DNA from: Clostridia bacterium
GTDB lineage: Bacteria > Bacillota > Clostridia > Christensenellales > UBA1242
Length of the DNA stretch: 58,421 nt
Assembly (NCBI GenBank): GCA_045597505.1
Contig: JAZLKE010000018.1
Location: 1 to 58,421, forward strand
Direction: 5' to 3'
Below, piece by piece: positions 10,347 through 21,782 of this stretch (positions within the stretch are counted from its first letter, which is position 1; each line of letters opens with the position of its first letter). The notes under the pieces were generated by a model. It was not told the origin of the DNA. It saw only the letters and a list, made by a program, of their open reading frames with translations, and did not search any database. The translations under genes were made by a program, and so were the position numbers.

Positions 10347-12734
10347 TTACTTTGTAACTATAAAATTGATTAGTTTATTTTTGACATAAATTGTCTTTTT
10401 GATATTGTCAGGCAATTTGACTTTGGCATGACATTTAGCCACAACCGTAGCTTCGTCGTCCGCAGTACCAATTTCCAAACGAGCAACAATTTTCGCGTTG
10501 ACCTGTACCACAATTTCCACAGTGTCTTGAATTAACGCTTTTTCGTCGACTTTGGGCCAAGTTATATTTTTAATTTCTGGCCAAAGTTCTTCGGTAATGT
10601 GTGGCGCAAACGGGTTCAACAAAGTCAACAAAGTGTGATATTCGTAACGGTTAATTTGCCCTTGCTTTTCAATCGCGTTCATCAAAATCATAATTTGCGA
10701 AACTGCGGTGTTGTATTTCATAGCTTCCATATCCGCAGTAATTTTTTGAATTGAATAGTTGAAAATATAGTTTAACGCTGGACTGTATTTGTCGCCGTCC
10801 ACCACTTTATCTTGCAACGCCCAAACGCGTTGTAACAAACGGTGACAAGCTTTGACGCCGTCGTTACTCCACACCGCAACTTCTTGATAATCGCCAATGA
10901 ACAACACCCACAAACGTAAAGCATCAGTACCGTATTGGTCAGCCACGTCACGCGGGTCCACCGTATTCCCCAAACTCTTACTCATTTTCACGCCGCCTTC
11001 ACCCAAGATGATACCTTGCGAAATACGGGCTTTACAAAATTCGTTCATTGGGAATAAACCTTGGTCATACAAAAATTTTGTCCAAAAGCGCGCATACAGT
11101 AAGTGGCGGGTCGTGTGTTCATTACCACCGTTATACAAAGTAATCGGCAACCAAGCTTTCATTTTTTCTGGGTCGGCAAAACATTGATGATTGTGTGGGT
11201 CGCAATAACGGATAAAGTACCAGCAACTACCCGCCCAACCAGGCATTGTGTCGGTTTCACGTTTCGCGTCCGCGCCACATTGTGGACATTTAACATTAAC
11301 CCAGTCGGTAATCTTGGCTAACGGACTTTGCCCGTCTTTGGTGGCTTCGTAACTTTGTGTTTCTGGTAACAAAACTGGTAAATCTTTTTCAGGTACTGGC
11401 ACCATACCACAATGCGGACAATTAATAATTGGAATGGGTTCTCCCCAATAACGTTGACGCGCAAACACCCAATCATGCATTTTGTAGTTTTTGGTTGTGC
11501 GTGCCACGCCTTTTTGAATTAACCAGTCCGCAATTTTTTGCTTAGCTTCTTTAACGGTTTGTCCCGTAAATTGTTCCGAGTTAATCAAATTGGAATTGGC
11601 GGCCAAGTACACGTCTTTTTCAATTGCTGCACCGTCCAATTTACCATCAATTACTTGAATCATTGGAATGTGGTGTTTTTGTGCGAATTCGTAATCGCGT
11701 TGGTCATGAGTTGGCACCGCCATCACGGCGCCCGTACCGTAATTGCACAATACAAAATCCGCAATGTAAACTGGTACTTCTTTTCCGTTGACAGGATTAA
11801 TCACAGTCACACCCTTCAATTCGCAACCCGATTTGTCTTTCGTCATTTGGCTACGTTCAAATTCACTTTTGCGCGCCGCCGTTTGACGATATTTTTGTAC
11901 TTCGTCCCAATTATTAATTTGCGATTTCAATTGTTCGACTAACGGGTGTTCAGGCGCCAAAACGACAAAGGTCACACCAAAAATCGTTTCAATACAAGTA
12001 GTAAAGATTTTAATCGCGCCACCTTGTTTAATTTGGAAATCAACTTCGGTGCCGTAACTGCGTCCCACATAATTGATTTGGCTGGTTTTAATGTGTGGCA
12101 AATAATTGGTTTCCGCTAAATCATCAATCAAACGATCCGCGTAAGCCGTCATCTTCATCATCCATTGCGGAATCGTTTTTTGCGTCGTTTCCGCGTGACA
12201 TTGACAACATGTGCCGTTTTCCACTTCTTCGTTCGCCAAAATTCCGCAGTTTGGACAGTAATTCACATTGGCAGTGCCTTTGTAAGCAATCCCTTTTTTG
12301 AAAAATTGTAAAAACTGCCATTGCGTCCACTTGTAATATTCTGGGTCACAAGTAGTGATAAAGCGCGACCAATCGACCGATAAACCCACGCGCTCCAATT
12401 GTTCACGGAATGTTGCAGTATTACGCGCAACCACCTGTTGTGGCGGAATATGTTCACGAATCGCCGTGCGTTCTGCTTCCAATCCAAACGCATCAATTCC
12501 CATCGGGAACAAAACATTTTTTCCTTGCAAGCGTAAACGCCTTGCCATTGCGTCCAAAGCGGTATAACTGCGCATGTGTCCGATGTGCAGACCTTTACCG
12601 CTTGGATACGGGAATTCAATCAAAATGTAAGCATTTTCTTTTCCTGCAATATGGTCTTTAGTTTCAAAGCGTTTGTCTTTGCGCCAGACTTCTTGCCATT
12701 TTTTCTCAATAGCACGGAAATCGTAGTCTTTCAT
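10347..12734 (-). CDS. leuS: Leucyl-tRNA synthetase
   Basis: Has PYPSGKGLHIGH (HIGH), KMSKS (VKMSKSLGN) and a CP1 editing domain. 795 aa. Confidence 0.95.
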   Translation of the reverse strand: MKDYDFRAIEKKWQEVWRKDKRFETKDHIAGKENAYILIEFPYPSGKGLHIGHMRSYTALDAMARRLRLQGKNVLFPMGIDAFGLEAERTAIREHIPPQQVVARNTATFREQLERVGLSVDWSRFITTCDPEYYKWTQWQFLQFFKKGIAYKGTANVNYCPNCGILANEEVENGTCCQCHAETTQKTIPQWMMKMTAYADRLIDDLAETNYLPHIKTSQINYVGRSYGTEVDFQIKQGGAIKIFTTCIETIFGVTFVVLAPEHPLVEQLKSQINNWDEVQKYRQTAARKSEFERSQMTKDKSGCELKGVTVINPVNGKEVPVYIADFVLCNYGTGAVMAVPTHDQRDYEFAQKHHIPMIQVIDGKLDGAAIEKDVYLAANSNLINSEQFTGQTVKEAKQKIADWLIQKGVARTTKNYKMHDWVFARQRYWGEPIPIINCPHCGMVPVPEKDLPVLLPETQSYEATKDGQSPLAKITDWVNVKCPQCGADAKRETDTMPGWAGSCWYFIRYCDPHNHQCFADPEKMKAWLPITLYNGGNEHTTRHLLYARFWTKFLYDQGLFPMNEFCKARISQGIILGEGGVKMSKSLGNTVDPRDVADQYGTDALRLWVLFIGDYQEVAVWSNDGVKACHRLLQRVWALQDKVVDGDKYSPALNYIFNYSIQKITADMEAMKYNTAVSQIMILMNAIEKQGQINRYEYHTLLTLLNPFAPHITEELWPEIKNITWPKVDEKALIQDTVEIVVQVNAKIVARLEIGTADDEATVVAKCHAKVKLPDNIKKTIYVKNKLINFIVTK

Positions 12735-12742
12735 AAAACTCC

Positions 12743-15226
12743 TTATTCAGCAGATTCGCCGTCTTCTTCGTCTTCTTGTGGTTCAGCTACCGCGACCGCG
12801 ACAATTTTCGCGCCTTCGCCGATACGCATAATGCGTACACCTTGGGTATCACGGCTAATTTTAGAAATGTAACTTGCCTTGGTACGAATCATAGTACCGT
12901 TATCACTAATCAACATAATATCTTGTTCCGCACGAACTTGTTTCAAGTTGACCAATGGTCCAGTTTTTTCGTTAAAGATACCAGCTTTGATACCTTTACC
13001 CGCACGTGATTGCAAACGATAGTCGTCTGGGTCACTGCGTTTACCATAACCATTTGCGGAAACCGTCAAGATTTCACAACCCGGTTCAATGACACTCATA
13101 TCCACGATAGATTCGTTTTCGCGGTCAATGTTCATACTCTTAACACCGGCTGCCCCACGACCCATCGGACGGACATCTTCTTCACTGAAACGAATACATT
13201 TACCCGAGCTGGACGCCATAATGATTTCGTCCGCACCCGTAGTATGCGCCGCACCAATCAATTGGTCGCCTTCGTTCAAACCGATTGCAATTTTACCAGT
13301 ACGCGCAATACGTGCAAATTCTTCACACTTAGTTTTCTTAATCATGCCGAACTTCGTCGCCAACATAATATGACCCATATCGTAATCTTCCATTGGAATG
13401 ACCGCCGCCACATTTTCGCCGTTTTCCAACGACAGCAAGTTGACAATCGCACGACCTTTGGAGCCTTTTGTGGCTTCTGGCACTTCAAATGCTTTAATGC
13501 GGTACACTTTACCCATATTAGTAAAGAACAACAAGTCATGGTGCGTGTTAGTTACAAACATGCGTTCGACAAAGTCTTCTTCCTTCGTGGTGTGCGTGTT
13601 TGAACCTTTACCGCCACGGCGTTGCGACTTGTATTCAGTCAACGGTAAGCGTTTGATATAACCACAGTGGGTCATCGAAACAGCCACGTCTTCTTTTTCA
13701 ATCAAGTCCCCGATATCGATGTCACCATAATCAGTCGTCAATTCCGTAACACGTTCCACCGCATATTTTTCTTTAATTTCCAACAATTCTTGTTTAATAA
13801 TATTCAACAATTTAGGTTGGCTGGCGATAATGGATTTCAATTCAATAATCAAAGCGCGCAATTCTTCCAATTCGGCTTTTAATTTTTCAACTTCCAAACT
13901 GGTCAAACGTTGCAAACGCATTTCCAAAATCGCGTTAGCTTGACGGTCGGTCAAAATAAAGCGTTTCATCAATTTGGCTGCCGCATCAATCTTATCTTTG
14001 GAAGCTTTGATAATTGCAACAACTTCGTCGATATTAGCTAATGCTTTAACCAAACCTTCCAAGATGTGGGCGCGTTCTTCCGCTTTTTCCAAATCAAACT
14101 TGGTACGACGCAAAACAACTTCTTTTTGGTGTTCCAAGTAGTAATACAACATTTCTTTCAAGTTCAACACTTTTGGTTCGTTGCCAACCAACGCCAAGAA
14201 GTTGATACCCATCGAAATTTGCATTTGGCTAAGTTTGAACAAATTGGTCAAAACAACTTGCGGTTGCGCTTCTTTTTTCAAAGTAATTACAATGCGCATA
14301 CCATGACGGTCGGATTCTTCGTCTACACTGGTAATACCTTCGATTCGTTTATCACGGACCAACAAAGCAATACTTTCAACCAATTTTGCTTTGTTAACTT
14401 GGTAAGGAATTTCAGTTACAATAATGCGGTTACGACCGTTATGTTCTTCAATTTCGGTTGTCGCACGCAAAACAATGTTACCATGACCAGTTTTGTAAGC
14501 GTGACGCAAAGCCGCACGACCCATAATAATACCACCGGTCGGATAATCTGGCGCAGGAATAATGCGCATCAATTGTTCAATTTCGATGTCTGGATTTTCA
14601 ATCAAAGCAACGACACCGTCGATAACTTCGCCCAAGTTGTGTGGCGGAATGTTAGTTGCCATACCAACCGCGATACCATCACTGCCGTTAACCAACAGAT
14701 TCGGGAAGCGGGACGGCAAAACAATTGGTTCTTGTTCGGTTTCATCGAAGTTCGGACGGAAGTCAACCGTGTTTTTGTCAATGTCGCGCAACATTTCGCT
14801 GGCAACAGCCGACAAACGGGCTTCGGTATAACGCATCGCAGCCGGCGGGTCCGCATCGACCGAACCAAAGTTACCATGACCATCAATCAATGGCATGTTA
14901 ATAGTAAAAGGTTGCGCCAAACGAACCAACGCATCATAAACCGAGCTGTCGCCGTGCGGGTGATATTTACCCAAACATTCACCAACGATACGCGCGCATT
15001 TTTTATACGGTTTATCATGGGTCAAGCCCAATTCGCTCATTGCGTACAAAATACGACGATGAACAGGTTTCAAACCATCGCGCACATCGGGAATCGCACG
15101 ACTCATATTAACCATCATGGCATAAGACATGAACGATTTATGAATTTCGTCTTCGATTTTAACTTTGACGTATTTCGTATTATCTACGATTTCTTGTAAT
15201 TCTTCGCTATAATCTTTCTTTCTCAT
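12743..15226 (-). CDS. gyrA: DNA gyrase subunit A
   Basis: Has the AMRYTE active-site Tyr region, the QRDR-like motif [14 protein letters not shown], and C-terminal beta-pinwheel repeats. Confidence 0.95.
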   Translation of the reverse strand: MRKKDYSEELQEIVDNTKYVKVKIEDEIHKSFMSYAMMVNMSRAIPDVRDGLKPVHRRILYAMSELGLTHDKPYKKCARIVGECLGKYHPHGDSSVYDALVRLAQPFTINMPLIDGHGNFGSVDADPPAAMRYTEARLSAVASEMLRDIDKNTVDFRPNFDETEQEPIVLPSRFPNLLVNGSDGIAVGMATNIPPHNLGEVIDGVVALIENPDIEIEQLMRIIPAPDYPTGGIIMGRAALRHAYKTGHGNIVLRATTEIEEHNGRNRIIVTEIPYQVNKAKLVESIALLVRDKRIEGITSVDEESDRHGMRIVITLKKEAQPQVVLTNLFKLSQMQISMGINFLALVGNEPKVLNLKEMLYYYLEHQKEVVLRRTKFDLEKAEERAHILEGLVKALANIDEVVAIIKASKDKIDAAAKLMKRFILTDRQANAILEMRLQRLTSLEVEKLKAELEELRALIIELKSIIASQPKLLNIIKQELLEIKEKYAVERVTELTTDYGDIDIGDLIEKEDVAVSMTHCGYIKRLPLTEYKSQRRGGKGSNTHTTKEEDFVERMFVTNTHHDLLFFTNMGKVYRIKAFEVPEATKGSKGRAIVNLLSLENGENVAAVIPMEDYDMGHIMLATKFGMIKKTKCEEFARIARTGKIAIGLNEGDQLIGAAHTTGADEIIMASSSGKCIRFSEEDVRPMGRGAAGVKSMNIDRENESIVDMSVIEPGCEILTVSANGYGKRSDPDDYRLQSRAGKGIKAGIFNEKTGPLVNLKQVRAEQDIMLISDNGTMIRTKASYISKISRDTQGVRIMRIGEGAKIVAVAVAEPQEDEEDGESAE

Positions 15227-15236
15227 GGTTCACTCC

Positions 15237-17174
15237 TTAAATATCCAAATCCTGTGTGAAGTTTGCCGCGTTGCGTTCAATGTATTCACGACGCAATTCG
15301 GCTTTTTCACCCATCAATGTTGAGAAAATTTCGTCTGCGGCAAACGCATCTTCCAAGGTAACTTGAACCAAAGTACGATGCGCTGGATTCATTGTGGTAT
15401 CCCACAATTGTTCCGCGTTCATTTCGCCCAAACCTTTGTAACGTTGTACGTTAGCTTTACCACGCGCACCCTTGCCCATAATTTGTTCCAACTCAGCATC
15501 ACTGTACGCGTAAAGTTCTTCGCCACCTTTGGTAATTTTATACAACGGCGGTTGCGCGGCATAAACATAACCGCCCTCAATCAATGGACGCATGAAACGA
15601 TACAAGAAAGTCAACAACAAGATACGAATGTGACTACCATCGACATCAGCATCGGACATGGTAATAATTTTGTGATAACGTAAACGGTTAATATCAAAAT
15701 CTTCTTGAATACCACAACCGAAAGCCGTAATCATGTTCTTAATGGTTTCACTTTCCAAAACACGAGCCAAGCGCGCTTTTTCAACGTTCAAAATTTTACC
15801 ACGTAACGGCAAAATTGCTTGGAAACGACGGTCACGACCCTGCTTCGCTGTACCACCCGCACTATCACCCTCGACAATAAAGATTTCACAGAATTTCGGG
15901 TCACGTTCAGTACAATCCGCCAATTTACCTGGCAAAGTAGTATTTTCCAAAACACCTTTACGGTGTACCAAATCTTTGGCACGACGCGCGGCTTCACGAG
16001 CATTGCGCGCAGTTTGGCATTTCAAAATCAATTCTTTGGCTTCTTTCGGATTTTCTTCCAAGAATTCACCAAACTTTTCTTGGACAACTTTTTCAACTTC
16101 ACCACGCATGAAAGCGTTACCCAACTTGGTCTTGGTTTGACCTTCAAATTGAGGGTTTTCCAATTTAACCGAAACAATCGCGACCACACCTTCCAAAACA
16201 TCTTCGATAGAAAGTTTATCGCTTTCTTTCAACAAGTTGACTTTTTTACCATAATCGTTAATCGCTTTCGCCAACGCGTTACGGAACCCAATCAAATGCA
16301 CACCACCTTCTTCGGTGTTAATGTTGTTCGCATAAGCATGGATATTTTCGCTGTAACCATCATTCCATTGGAAAGCTACGTCAACTTCGCTGTTTTTGTT
16401 TTTCTTGGTAATGTGGATAATTTCTGGAATAATCAAGTCCTTACCTTTGTTCAAACTTTCGACGAACTCTTTAATACCACCTTTATAACAGAAAGTATCT
16501 TTATGTTCGCGACCAGGACGCATATCCGCACATTTAATCACCAAACCTTTATTCAAGAACGCCAATTCGCGTAAACGAACTTTCATGGTTTCATAGTTAA
16601 ATTCAATGGTATCAAAAATTTCAGCATCAGGATAGAAAGTAACCTTGGTACCTGTTTTGGTCGCTTTACCAGTTTCGCGCAACGGTGCTTGCGGTACACC
16701 ACGGTTATAACTTTGATGGAATGTTTTACCATTTTGGTAAACTTCGACTTCCAACCATTCGGACAAAGCATTAACAACCGAAACACCAACCCCGTGCAAA
16801 CCACCAGAAATTGTGTAACCGCCTTTGCCAAACTTACCACCCGCGTGCAGTTTGGTCAAAACCAATTCGACCGCAGAAATTTTTTCGGTCGGGTGAATAC
16901 CGGTCGGAATACCACGACCATTATCCAAAACCGAAACCGAACCATCGCGTTCAATTGTAACGCTGATTTCGGTACAATAACCAGCCAACGCTTCATCAAC
17001 ACTGTTATCGACAACCTCGGTAATCAAATGGTGCAAACCACGTGTATCCGTCGAACCGATATACATACCAGGACGCTTACGAACGGGGTCCAACCCTTCC
17101 AAGACCGTAATGTCTTTGGCGTCATAATGTGAAACTTTTTCAGCCGTTTTTGGCTCTTTTTTCTCCGTACTCAT
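15237..17174 (-). CDS. gyrB: DNA gyrase subunit B
   Basis: Has a GHKL ATPase (LEGLDPVRKRPGMYIG), TOPRIM EGDSAGG, and PLRGKILNVE. The start is trimmed to MSTEKK. Confidence 0.95.
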   Translation of the reverse strand: MSTEKKEPKTAEKVSHYDAKDITVLEGLDPVRKRPGMYIGSTDTRGLHHLITEVVDNSVDEALAGYCTEISVTIERDGSVSVLDNGRGIPTGIHPTEKISAVELVLTKLHAGGKFGKGGYTISGGLHGVGVSVVNALSEWLEVEVYQNGKTFHQSYNRGVPQAPLRETGKATKTGTKVTFYPDAEIFDTIEFNYETMKVRLRELAFLNKGLVIKCADMRPGREHKDTFCYKGGIKEFVESLNKGKDLIIPEIIHITKKNKNSEVDVAFQWNDGYSENIHAYANNINTEEGGVHLIGFRNALAKAINDYGKKVNLLKESDKLSIEDVLEGVVAIVSVKLENPQFEGQTKTKLGNAFMRGEVEKVVQEKFGEFLEENPKEAKELILKCQTARNAREAARRAKDLVHRKGVLENTTLPGKLADCTERDPKFCEIFIVEGDSAGGTAKQGRDRRFQAILPLRGKILNVEKARLARVLESETIKNMITAFGCGIQEDFDINRLRYHKIITMSDADVDGSHIRILLLTFLYRFMRPLIEGGYVYAAQPPLYKITKGGEELYAYSDAELEQIMGKGARGKANVQRYKGLGEMNAEQLWDTTMNPAHRTLVQVTLEDAFAADEIFSTLMGEKAELRREYIERNAANFTQDLDI

Positions 17175-17314
17175 AATGTATAAATTATACCAGAAACGTG
17201 TCAAAAAAGCAACGTATTTAGGGCATTTCTTATATATATTATCCCCCGTGCAATTTTTCGTTTTGGCACTATTTTTCGGCGTTTCGGCGACATTTTTTCA
17301 GTCCAAAACCACAA

Positions 17315-17337
17315 AAGGACGCCACTCCGACGTCCTT
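17315..17337 (-). terminator. Rho-independent terminator downstream of tRNA-Gln(CTG)
   Basis: An AAGGACG/CGTCCTT stem followed by a U-run on the minus strand. Confidence 0.5.
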
Positions 17338-17344
17338 GTTTTAT

Positions 17345-17418
17345 TGGCAGGGGTGGCAGGGTTCGAACCTACGATGAATGGGTCAGAGCCATTTGCCTTA
17401 CCGCTTGGCGACACCCCT
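17345..17418 (-). tRNA. tRNA-Gln (anticodon CTG), CCA encoded
   Basis: Hand-folded cloverleaf: acceptor AGGGGTG/CACCCCT, anticodon stem AATGG/CCATT, loop CTCTGAC, T-arm GTAGG-TTCGAAC-CCTGC. Confidence 0.9.
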
Positions 17419-17492
17419 TGAAACAATTTTATTATAACACAAATTTCCCAAACACCACCACAAAAAAAATGACCACATGGGTCATTTTTCAA

Positions 17493-17765
17493 TTACATGG
17501 TAGCGTCATCTTTAATCGCATCTTCGTTGTTCAAACCGTTAATTAAATAATGGCGTGCAACACGTTCTTGCATCATGTCTACATACGGAGTATACGATAC
17601 AGCGACCGATGGCTCCAATCTTGCGATTAAACCTTTTATTTCGTTCAATAATTCAGCCGCCGCCGCAAAAGGCAAATCACCAGCCGAAATTTTGTCCATA
17701 CGTATTTCGATATTTTTTGCAATGATGTCATCGTTCCAACGCGTCTTTTTTTCTTCCATCATCAC
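17493..17765 (-). CDS. Hypothetical small protein (90 aa)
   Basis: ORF only; no motif recognised. Confidence 0.35.
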   Translation of the reverse strand: MMMEEKKTRWNDDIIAKNIEIRMDKISAGDLPFAAAAELLNEIKGLIARLEPSVAVSYTPYVDMMQERVARHYLINGLNNEDAIKDDATM

Positions 17766-17883
17766 CCCCTCCTTTCATTGTCGATACCTTATCATATTCA
17801 CTAAGTTAAATCAAGAGTCAAATATTTTAAGACATTAAACAAAAAGTCCGCACATGGCGGACTTCTCATAATTTTATCAATGC

Positions 17884-18699
17884 TTATCTTGCGCCTGGTT
17901 TAATTACTAAGTAACGGTGCGGTTCCACTCCCTCACTTTCCGTAATAATGCCTTCGACATCTTGCAAAGTCAAATGCACAACCACGCGTTCACGCGCCGG
18001 CATCGGGTCCAAACGAACTGAGCGTCCCGTGCGTTTAACTTGTTCAGCTTTGCGTTTTGCTAAATCGACCAAATAATCTTTACGTTTTTCGCGATAATTA
18101 CCAATATCCAAAATTACACGACGCGGTTCGTCGCAGTGCGTGTTAATCGCAATTGAACTGATAATTGTATTAATTGCCGCCATCGTGCGACCATTTTTAC
18201 CGATCAAACGTCCCACATCGTCACCGCTAACCGAAATGATAAATCCGTCGTCCGTATGTGAACTAACCACTACCAAATTGTCGCCAATCAATTTGAAAAA
18301 CTCTTCCGCAAAAGCCATCGTTTTGGCAAATTTTGGACAATTTGCATCAAATTCAGTTACCTTACGTGGTTCTTTTGTTGCTTTTGTTTTTTTCGGTTTA
18401 TCGCTACCAATGACGAATTCTTCGACACTGCCGGCTTCAACCTCAACCTTTGGTTCTGCTTTTGGTGCTTCAACCTTGGCTTTTTCTTTGGTATCTTTTT
18501 TGGCTTCTTCCTTAGTTTCAACTTTTGCTGTTTCGGTAGCAGTATTTTTTACCGTTACTTTAACTTGCATTTTGCGGAACATACCACCTTCGTCGACCAC
18601 TTCAAAATCGACTTCGTCCAAAGCAACGCCCAATTCGGCGCAACCATTGGTAATGGCCTCGTCAATTGACTTGGCGCTGACTGTTACTGATTGATTCAT
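17884..18699 (-). CDS. jag: Jag/KhpB-type RNA-binding protein (KH + R3H)
   Basis: Lies downstream of yidC with a 4-nt overlap. Has the Jag N-domain, a Lys/Glu-rich linker, KH-like GKNGRTMAAINTI, and a C-terminal R3H-like region. Confidence 0.8.
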   Translation of the reverse strand: MNQSVTVSAKSIDEAITNGCAELGVALDEVDFEVVDEGGMFRKMQVKVTVKNTATETAKVETKEEAKKDTKEKAKVEAPKAEPKVEVEAGSVEEFVIGSDKPKKTKATKEPRKVTEFDANCPKFAKTMAFAEEFFKLIGDNLVVVSSHTDDGFIISVSGDDVGRLIGKNGRTMAAINTIISSIAINTHCDEPRRVILDIGNYREKRKDYLVDLAKRKAEQVKRTGRSVRLDPMPARERVVVHLTLQDVEGIITESEGVEPHRYLVIKPGAR

Positions 18700-19805
18700 T
18701 TTCTTCCTCCTTTGAAATACTTCGCATGCGGGTTAATCACCGTAGCATCGAAATCTTTTTTAATTTCCGGCTGTTTCATGTGGCGCATAATTAAGTCAAT
18801 CAACAGCGCGAACACGACCGACAACAAAGTCGACACCACCGAAGACGCAATCATATAAATTGCGAAAGCCGAAGTTTGCATAGTTGCAAACAACACATAC
18901 ACGACAGGCATCGTCCACATCATAACTTTTGACATTTGTGCGGGGTCAATCATAGGTTGTTCTTGACCGTTTTGTTGTTTTGCATCACGCATTGAATAAG
19001 TAATGACAGGTTCCGCTTTCTTTTCCTCTGGTTTTTTCGGGGCTTGGCGTTTAGTAATGATAGCGTTAATTTTCATTGATAAGAACACAGTCACCGCCGA
19101 CATTACTGCCAACAAGAAATAACCATTGGTTTGTTTTTCCGTATGGATATGTTCAAAAATTGCGTTGTACTCTGCTTTTTGTTCGTCCGTTTTTAATTTG
19201 TCCGCATCGACTTGTTTACTGTTGTATTCATCAACCGTCATCACAGGTTGCGCCATTGGGCTGTCTGGTTGCCAAATATTTTTAATCCAACCCGCTCGGA
19301 TATTGGTTTCTTGGTATTTTGCGTTCAAATCTTCGGTCAACTTTTCTTCGGTAATGTTACCATTTTGGTATTCTTGGTAAACCGTTTGCAACTCTTGATA
19401 TTGCATACGGATATTATAGTTAGAAATATCGGTCAAAGCACCCATGACCTGAAAGAAGATGACCATGGTCAAAATAACACTACCCAATGCCACCAAACTG
19501 CTACCTAAGCCACCTACGCCATTTTTTTGGAACAAAGCCTGACGTGCGCGGGCGAAAGCCATTGGGTCATTGCCGTAAGTACGTTGTAAATCCGCCAACT
19601 CACCAGACAAAGCTTGCTGTTTAATTTGAGTACGGCGCGTTAAAAAGCGGTTCAAGAAATCTAACGGCGCCATAATTAATTTAATTAAAACTGTAAAAAA
19701 GACAATCGCAAAAGCATAGGACACCCAACCCCAACTCATGATTTGCGATAATAACCAATAAACAAAACCTTGAATGCCACTGCCGGACGGAAACTGAATA
19801 TTCAT
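18696..19805 (-). CDS. yidC: Membrane protein insertase YidC/Oxa1 family
   Basis: Polytopic protein with a 60 kDa-IMP-like core (PLDFLNRFLTRRTQIKQQ...), in the rnpA-yidC-jag context. Confidence 0.85.
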   Translation of the reverse strand: MNIQFPSGSGIQGFVYWLLSQIMSWGWVSYAFAIVFFTVLIKLIMAPLDFLNRFLTRRTQIKQQALSGELADLQRTYGNDPMAFARARQALFQKNGVGGLGSSLVALGSVILTMVIFFQVMGALTDISNYNIRMQYQELQTVYQEYQNGNITEEKLTEDLNAKYQETNIRAGWIKNIWQPDSPMAQPVMTVDEYNSKQVDADKLKTDEQKAEYNAIFEHIHTEKQTNGYFLLAVMSAVTVFLSMKINAIITKRQAPKKPEEKKAEPVITYSMRDAKQQNGQEQPMIDPAQMSKVMMWTMPVVYVLFATMQTSAFAIYMIASSVVSTLLSVVFALLIDLIMRHMKQPEIKKDFDATVINPHAKYFKGGRK

Positions 19806-19816
19806 GATAAGAAAGA

Positions 19817-20149
19817 TTATAACATAAGCCCAGCTTTTTTCAAAGTGTTTTCCAAATCCAAAGTAATATACAGCAAATGTTGTTTGGGCAATTCGGGCTT
19901 AGCCACAATAATCATATTTGTATGTGCATTGACTTTATGTAACAACGGACGCATAGCTTCGCGCATTAAACGTGCCGAACGGTGACGCACCACACTATTT
20001 CCCACTTTCTTACTGGCGCTGAAACCGATTTTCAAATTGCTTGCAGTACAAAAATACACCACCACGAATTCGCCATTTTGGCGTTTACCGCGTTGATGTA
20101 AGTAGTTAAATGTCTTTCGCTTCTTTAAGCGATACCTTAAAGGTAACAT
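19817..20149 (-). CDS. rnpA: Ribonuclease P protein component
   Basis: Small basic protein immediately downstream of rpmH, with an RNR-like motif (KKVGNSVVRHRSARLMRE). Confidence 0.85.
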   Translation of the reverse strand: MLPLRYRLKKRKTFNYLHQRGKRQNGEFVVVYFCTASNLKIGFSASKKVGNSVVRHRSARLMREAMRPLLHKVNAHTNMIIVAKPELPKQHLLYITLDLENTLKKAGLML

Positions 20150-20286
20150 TATTTGGTGGTCAAGCGTTTGCGACCGCGTGCACGACGACGACGGATAACA
20201 TTACGACCGCCAACGGTTTTCATACGTTTACGGAAACCGACAGAGCGACGACGCTTTACTTTACTAGGTTGCCAAGTTCTTTTCAT
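20149..20286 (-). CDS. rpmH: 50S ribosomal protein L34
   Basis: Hand translation gives [45 protein letters not shown]. The ORF is too short for the ORF track. Confidence 0.9.
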   Translation of the reverse strand: MKRTWQPSKVKRRRSVGFRKRMKTVGGRNVIRRRRARGRKRLTTK

Positions 20287-20394
20287 AAAGTGAATTTTAA
20301 CATATCCACCCCACCGCCGTCAACAGTTACTTTTCAAACTCGCCAATAACAGTTATTTACAAAATGGCGCAGTCTGTGGTAAGATAACTTTATC

Positions 20395-21756
20395 ATGGAT
20401 GTGAATGAAGTTTGGAAGCAAGCAAAACCAATTATTGAAAACAATGTCAGCAGTATTTCTTATGACTTATATATCCAACCATTAATCCCAGAAAGTTTTG
20501 AAGACGGAACTTTTGTTTTGTCCGCTCCGTCCACACATGATGCCAATTATGCCCGCAACGAACGCCACTTTCCACACATTGAACACGCGATTAAAAACGT
20601 GGCGCCATTAGTTGAAAAAATCGAAATTATTGATGCGGTCGAAAAAGAACGACGCGAAGCCCGTAACTTACCACAACCCGAAACAACTGTTACTGAACCA
20701 TTTACTTACAAAAATAACATCAACCCACAACAAACTTTTGCAAATTTTATCGTGGGTAAATCTAACCAAGAAGTTGCCGCCATGGCAGAATTTGTTTCCA
20801 AACACCCTGGCAAAAAAATCAATCCCTTATTCATTTATGGTCGTTCAGGTTTGGGCAAGACACATTTGTTAAATGCTATTGCCAACCAAATTTTGGAAGA
20901 CAAACCCTCGACCAAATTGGTTTTAACTTCAATTGAAAAGTTTACCGACGACTATGTCAGCGTCATTAAACAAAAGGGTGACTTTGGTGCATTCCGTGAA
21001 AAATACCGTAATGTTGATGTTTTGTTGATTGACGATGTACAAGAATTGGCCAGCAAACAAGCCACGCAGGAAGAATTTTTCCACACTTTTAATGATTTGT
21101 TTGAACACCAACGCCAAATTGTTTTAACCAGTGACCGCCACCCGAACGAAATCGCAACCTTGTCCGAACGTTTACAATCGCGTTTGAAAAGTGGTATTTT
21201 CCAAGATATTCGCAACCCCGACATTGAAATGCGCACCGCAATTTTGCAAAAGAAAGCCGCGTTGGAAGATAAATTCTTACCCAACGAAGTTGCTGCGCAC
21301 ATTGCGGAATATTCCAACAAAGTCAACGAAAACATTCGTGACATGGAAGGTCACTTAGTAAAAATAATTGTTTACGCCGAATTGCGTGGTCACACCATTC
21401 CGACAATTGAAGATTGCGACACTGCATTAGCGGATAATTCTGGCGACGCAGAAACCGCTCGCGTGGGCGACATTGCTGCACGTGTAATTGCGACCACTGC
21501 GGCATACTTTGATGTTACTCCAGACGAAATTACGGGCAAACGTCGTACTGATAAATTAGCCAGTGCACGTTCAGTCGCCGCTTACTTATTAACCCAACAT
21601 TTGGAAGACGTGCCTTTAACCGAAATTGGTGAAATTCTTGGCGGGCGCACCCATGCTTCGGTCATTTTCTCACGCAACAAAATTGCGGAACAAATGAAAA
21701 CTGACCCCAAACTCAAAGCCGCGATCGATGACCTTTTGGCACAATTGGCAAAATAA
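20395..21756 (+). CDS. dnaA: Chromosomal replication initiator protein DnaA
   Basis: Has the AAA+ Walker A GRSGLGKTHL, Walker B LLIDDVQ, and the domain IV HTH (HASVIFSRNKI). Confidence 0.95.
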   Translation: MDVNEVWKQAKPIIENNVSSISYDLYIQPLIPESFEDGTFVLSAPSTHDANYARNERHFPHIEHAIKNVAPLVEKIEIIDAVEKERREARNLPQPETTVTEPFTYKNNINPQQTFANFIVGKSNQEVAAMAEFVSKHPGKKINPLFIYGRSGLGKTHLLNAIANQILEDKPSTKLVLTSIEKFTDDYVSVIKQKGDFGAFREKYRNVDVLLIDDVQELASKQATQEEFFHTFNDLFEHQRQIVLTSDRHPNEIATLSERLQSRLKSGIFQDIRNPDIEMRTAILQKKAALEDKFLPNEVAAHIAEYSNKVNENIRDMEGHLVKIIVYAELRGHTIPTIEDCDTALADNSGDAETARVGDIAARVIATTAAYFDVTPDEITGKRRTDKLASARSVAAYLLTQHLEDVPLTEIGEILGGRTHASVIFSRNKIAEQMKTDPKLKAAIDDLLAQLAK

Positions 21757-21782
21757 ACTTAACATTATCATTCAGAAGTCGG

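Noticed and set aside
13010-16574. Long plus-strand ORFs (for example 13010-13603, 14066-15199, 15819-16574) inside gyrA/gyrB, and similar ones inside leuS, dnaX, parA and glyQS
   Set aside because: They are antisense shadows of confidently identified genes. Their translations are low-complexity (F/N/T/R-rich) with no motifs, and they lack upstream start signals.
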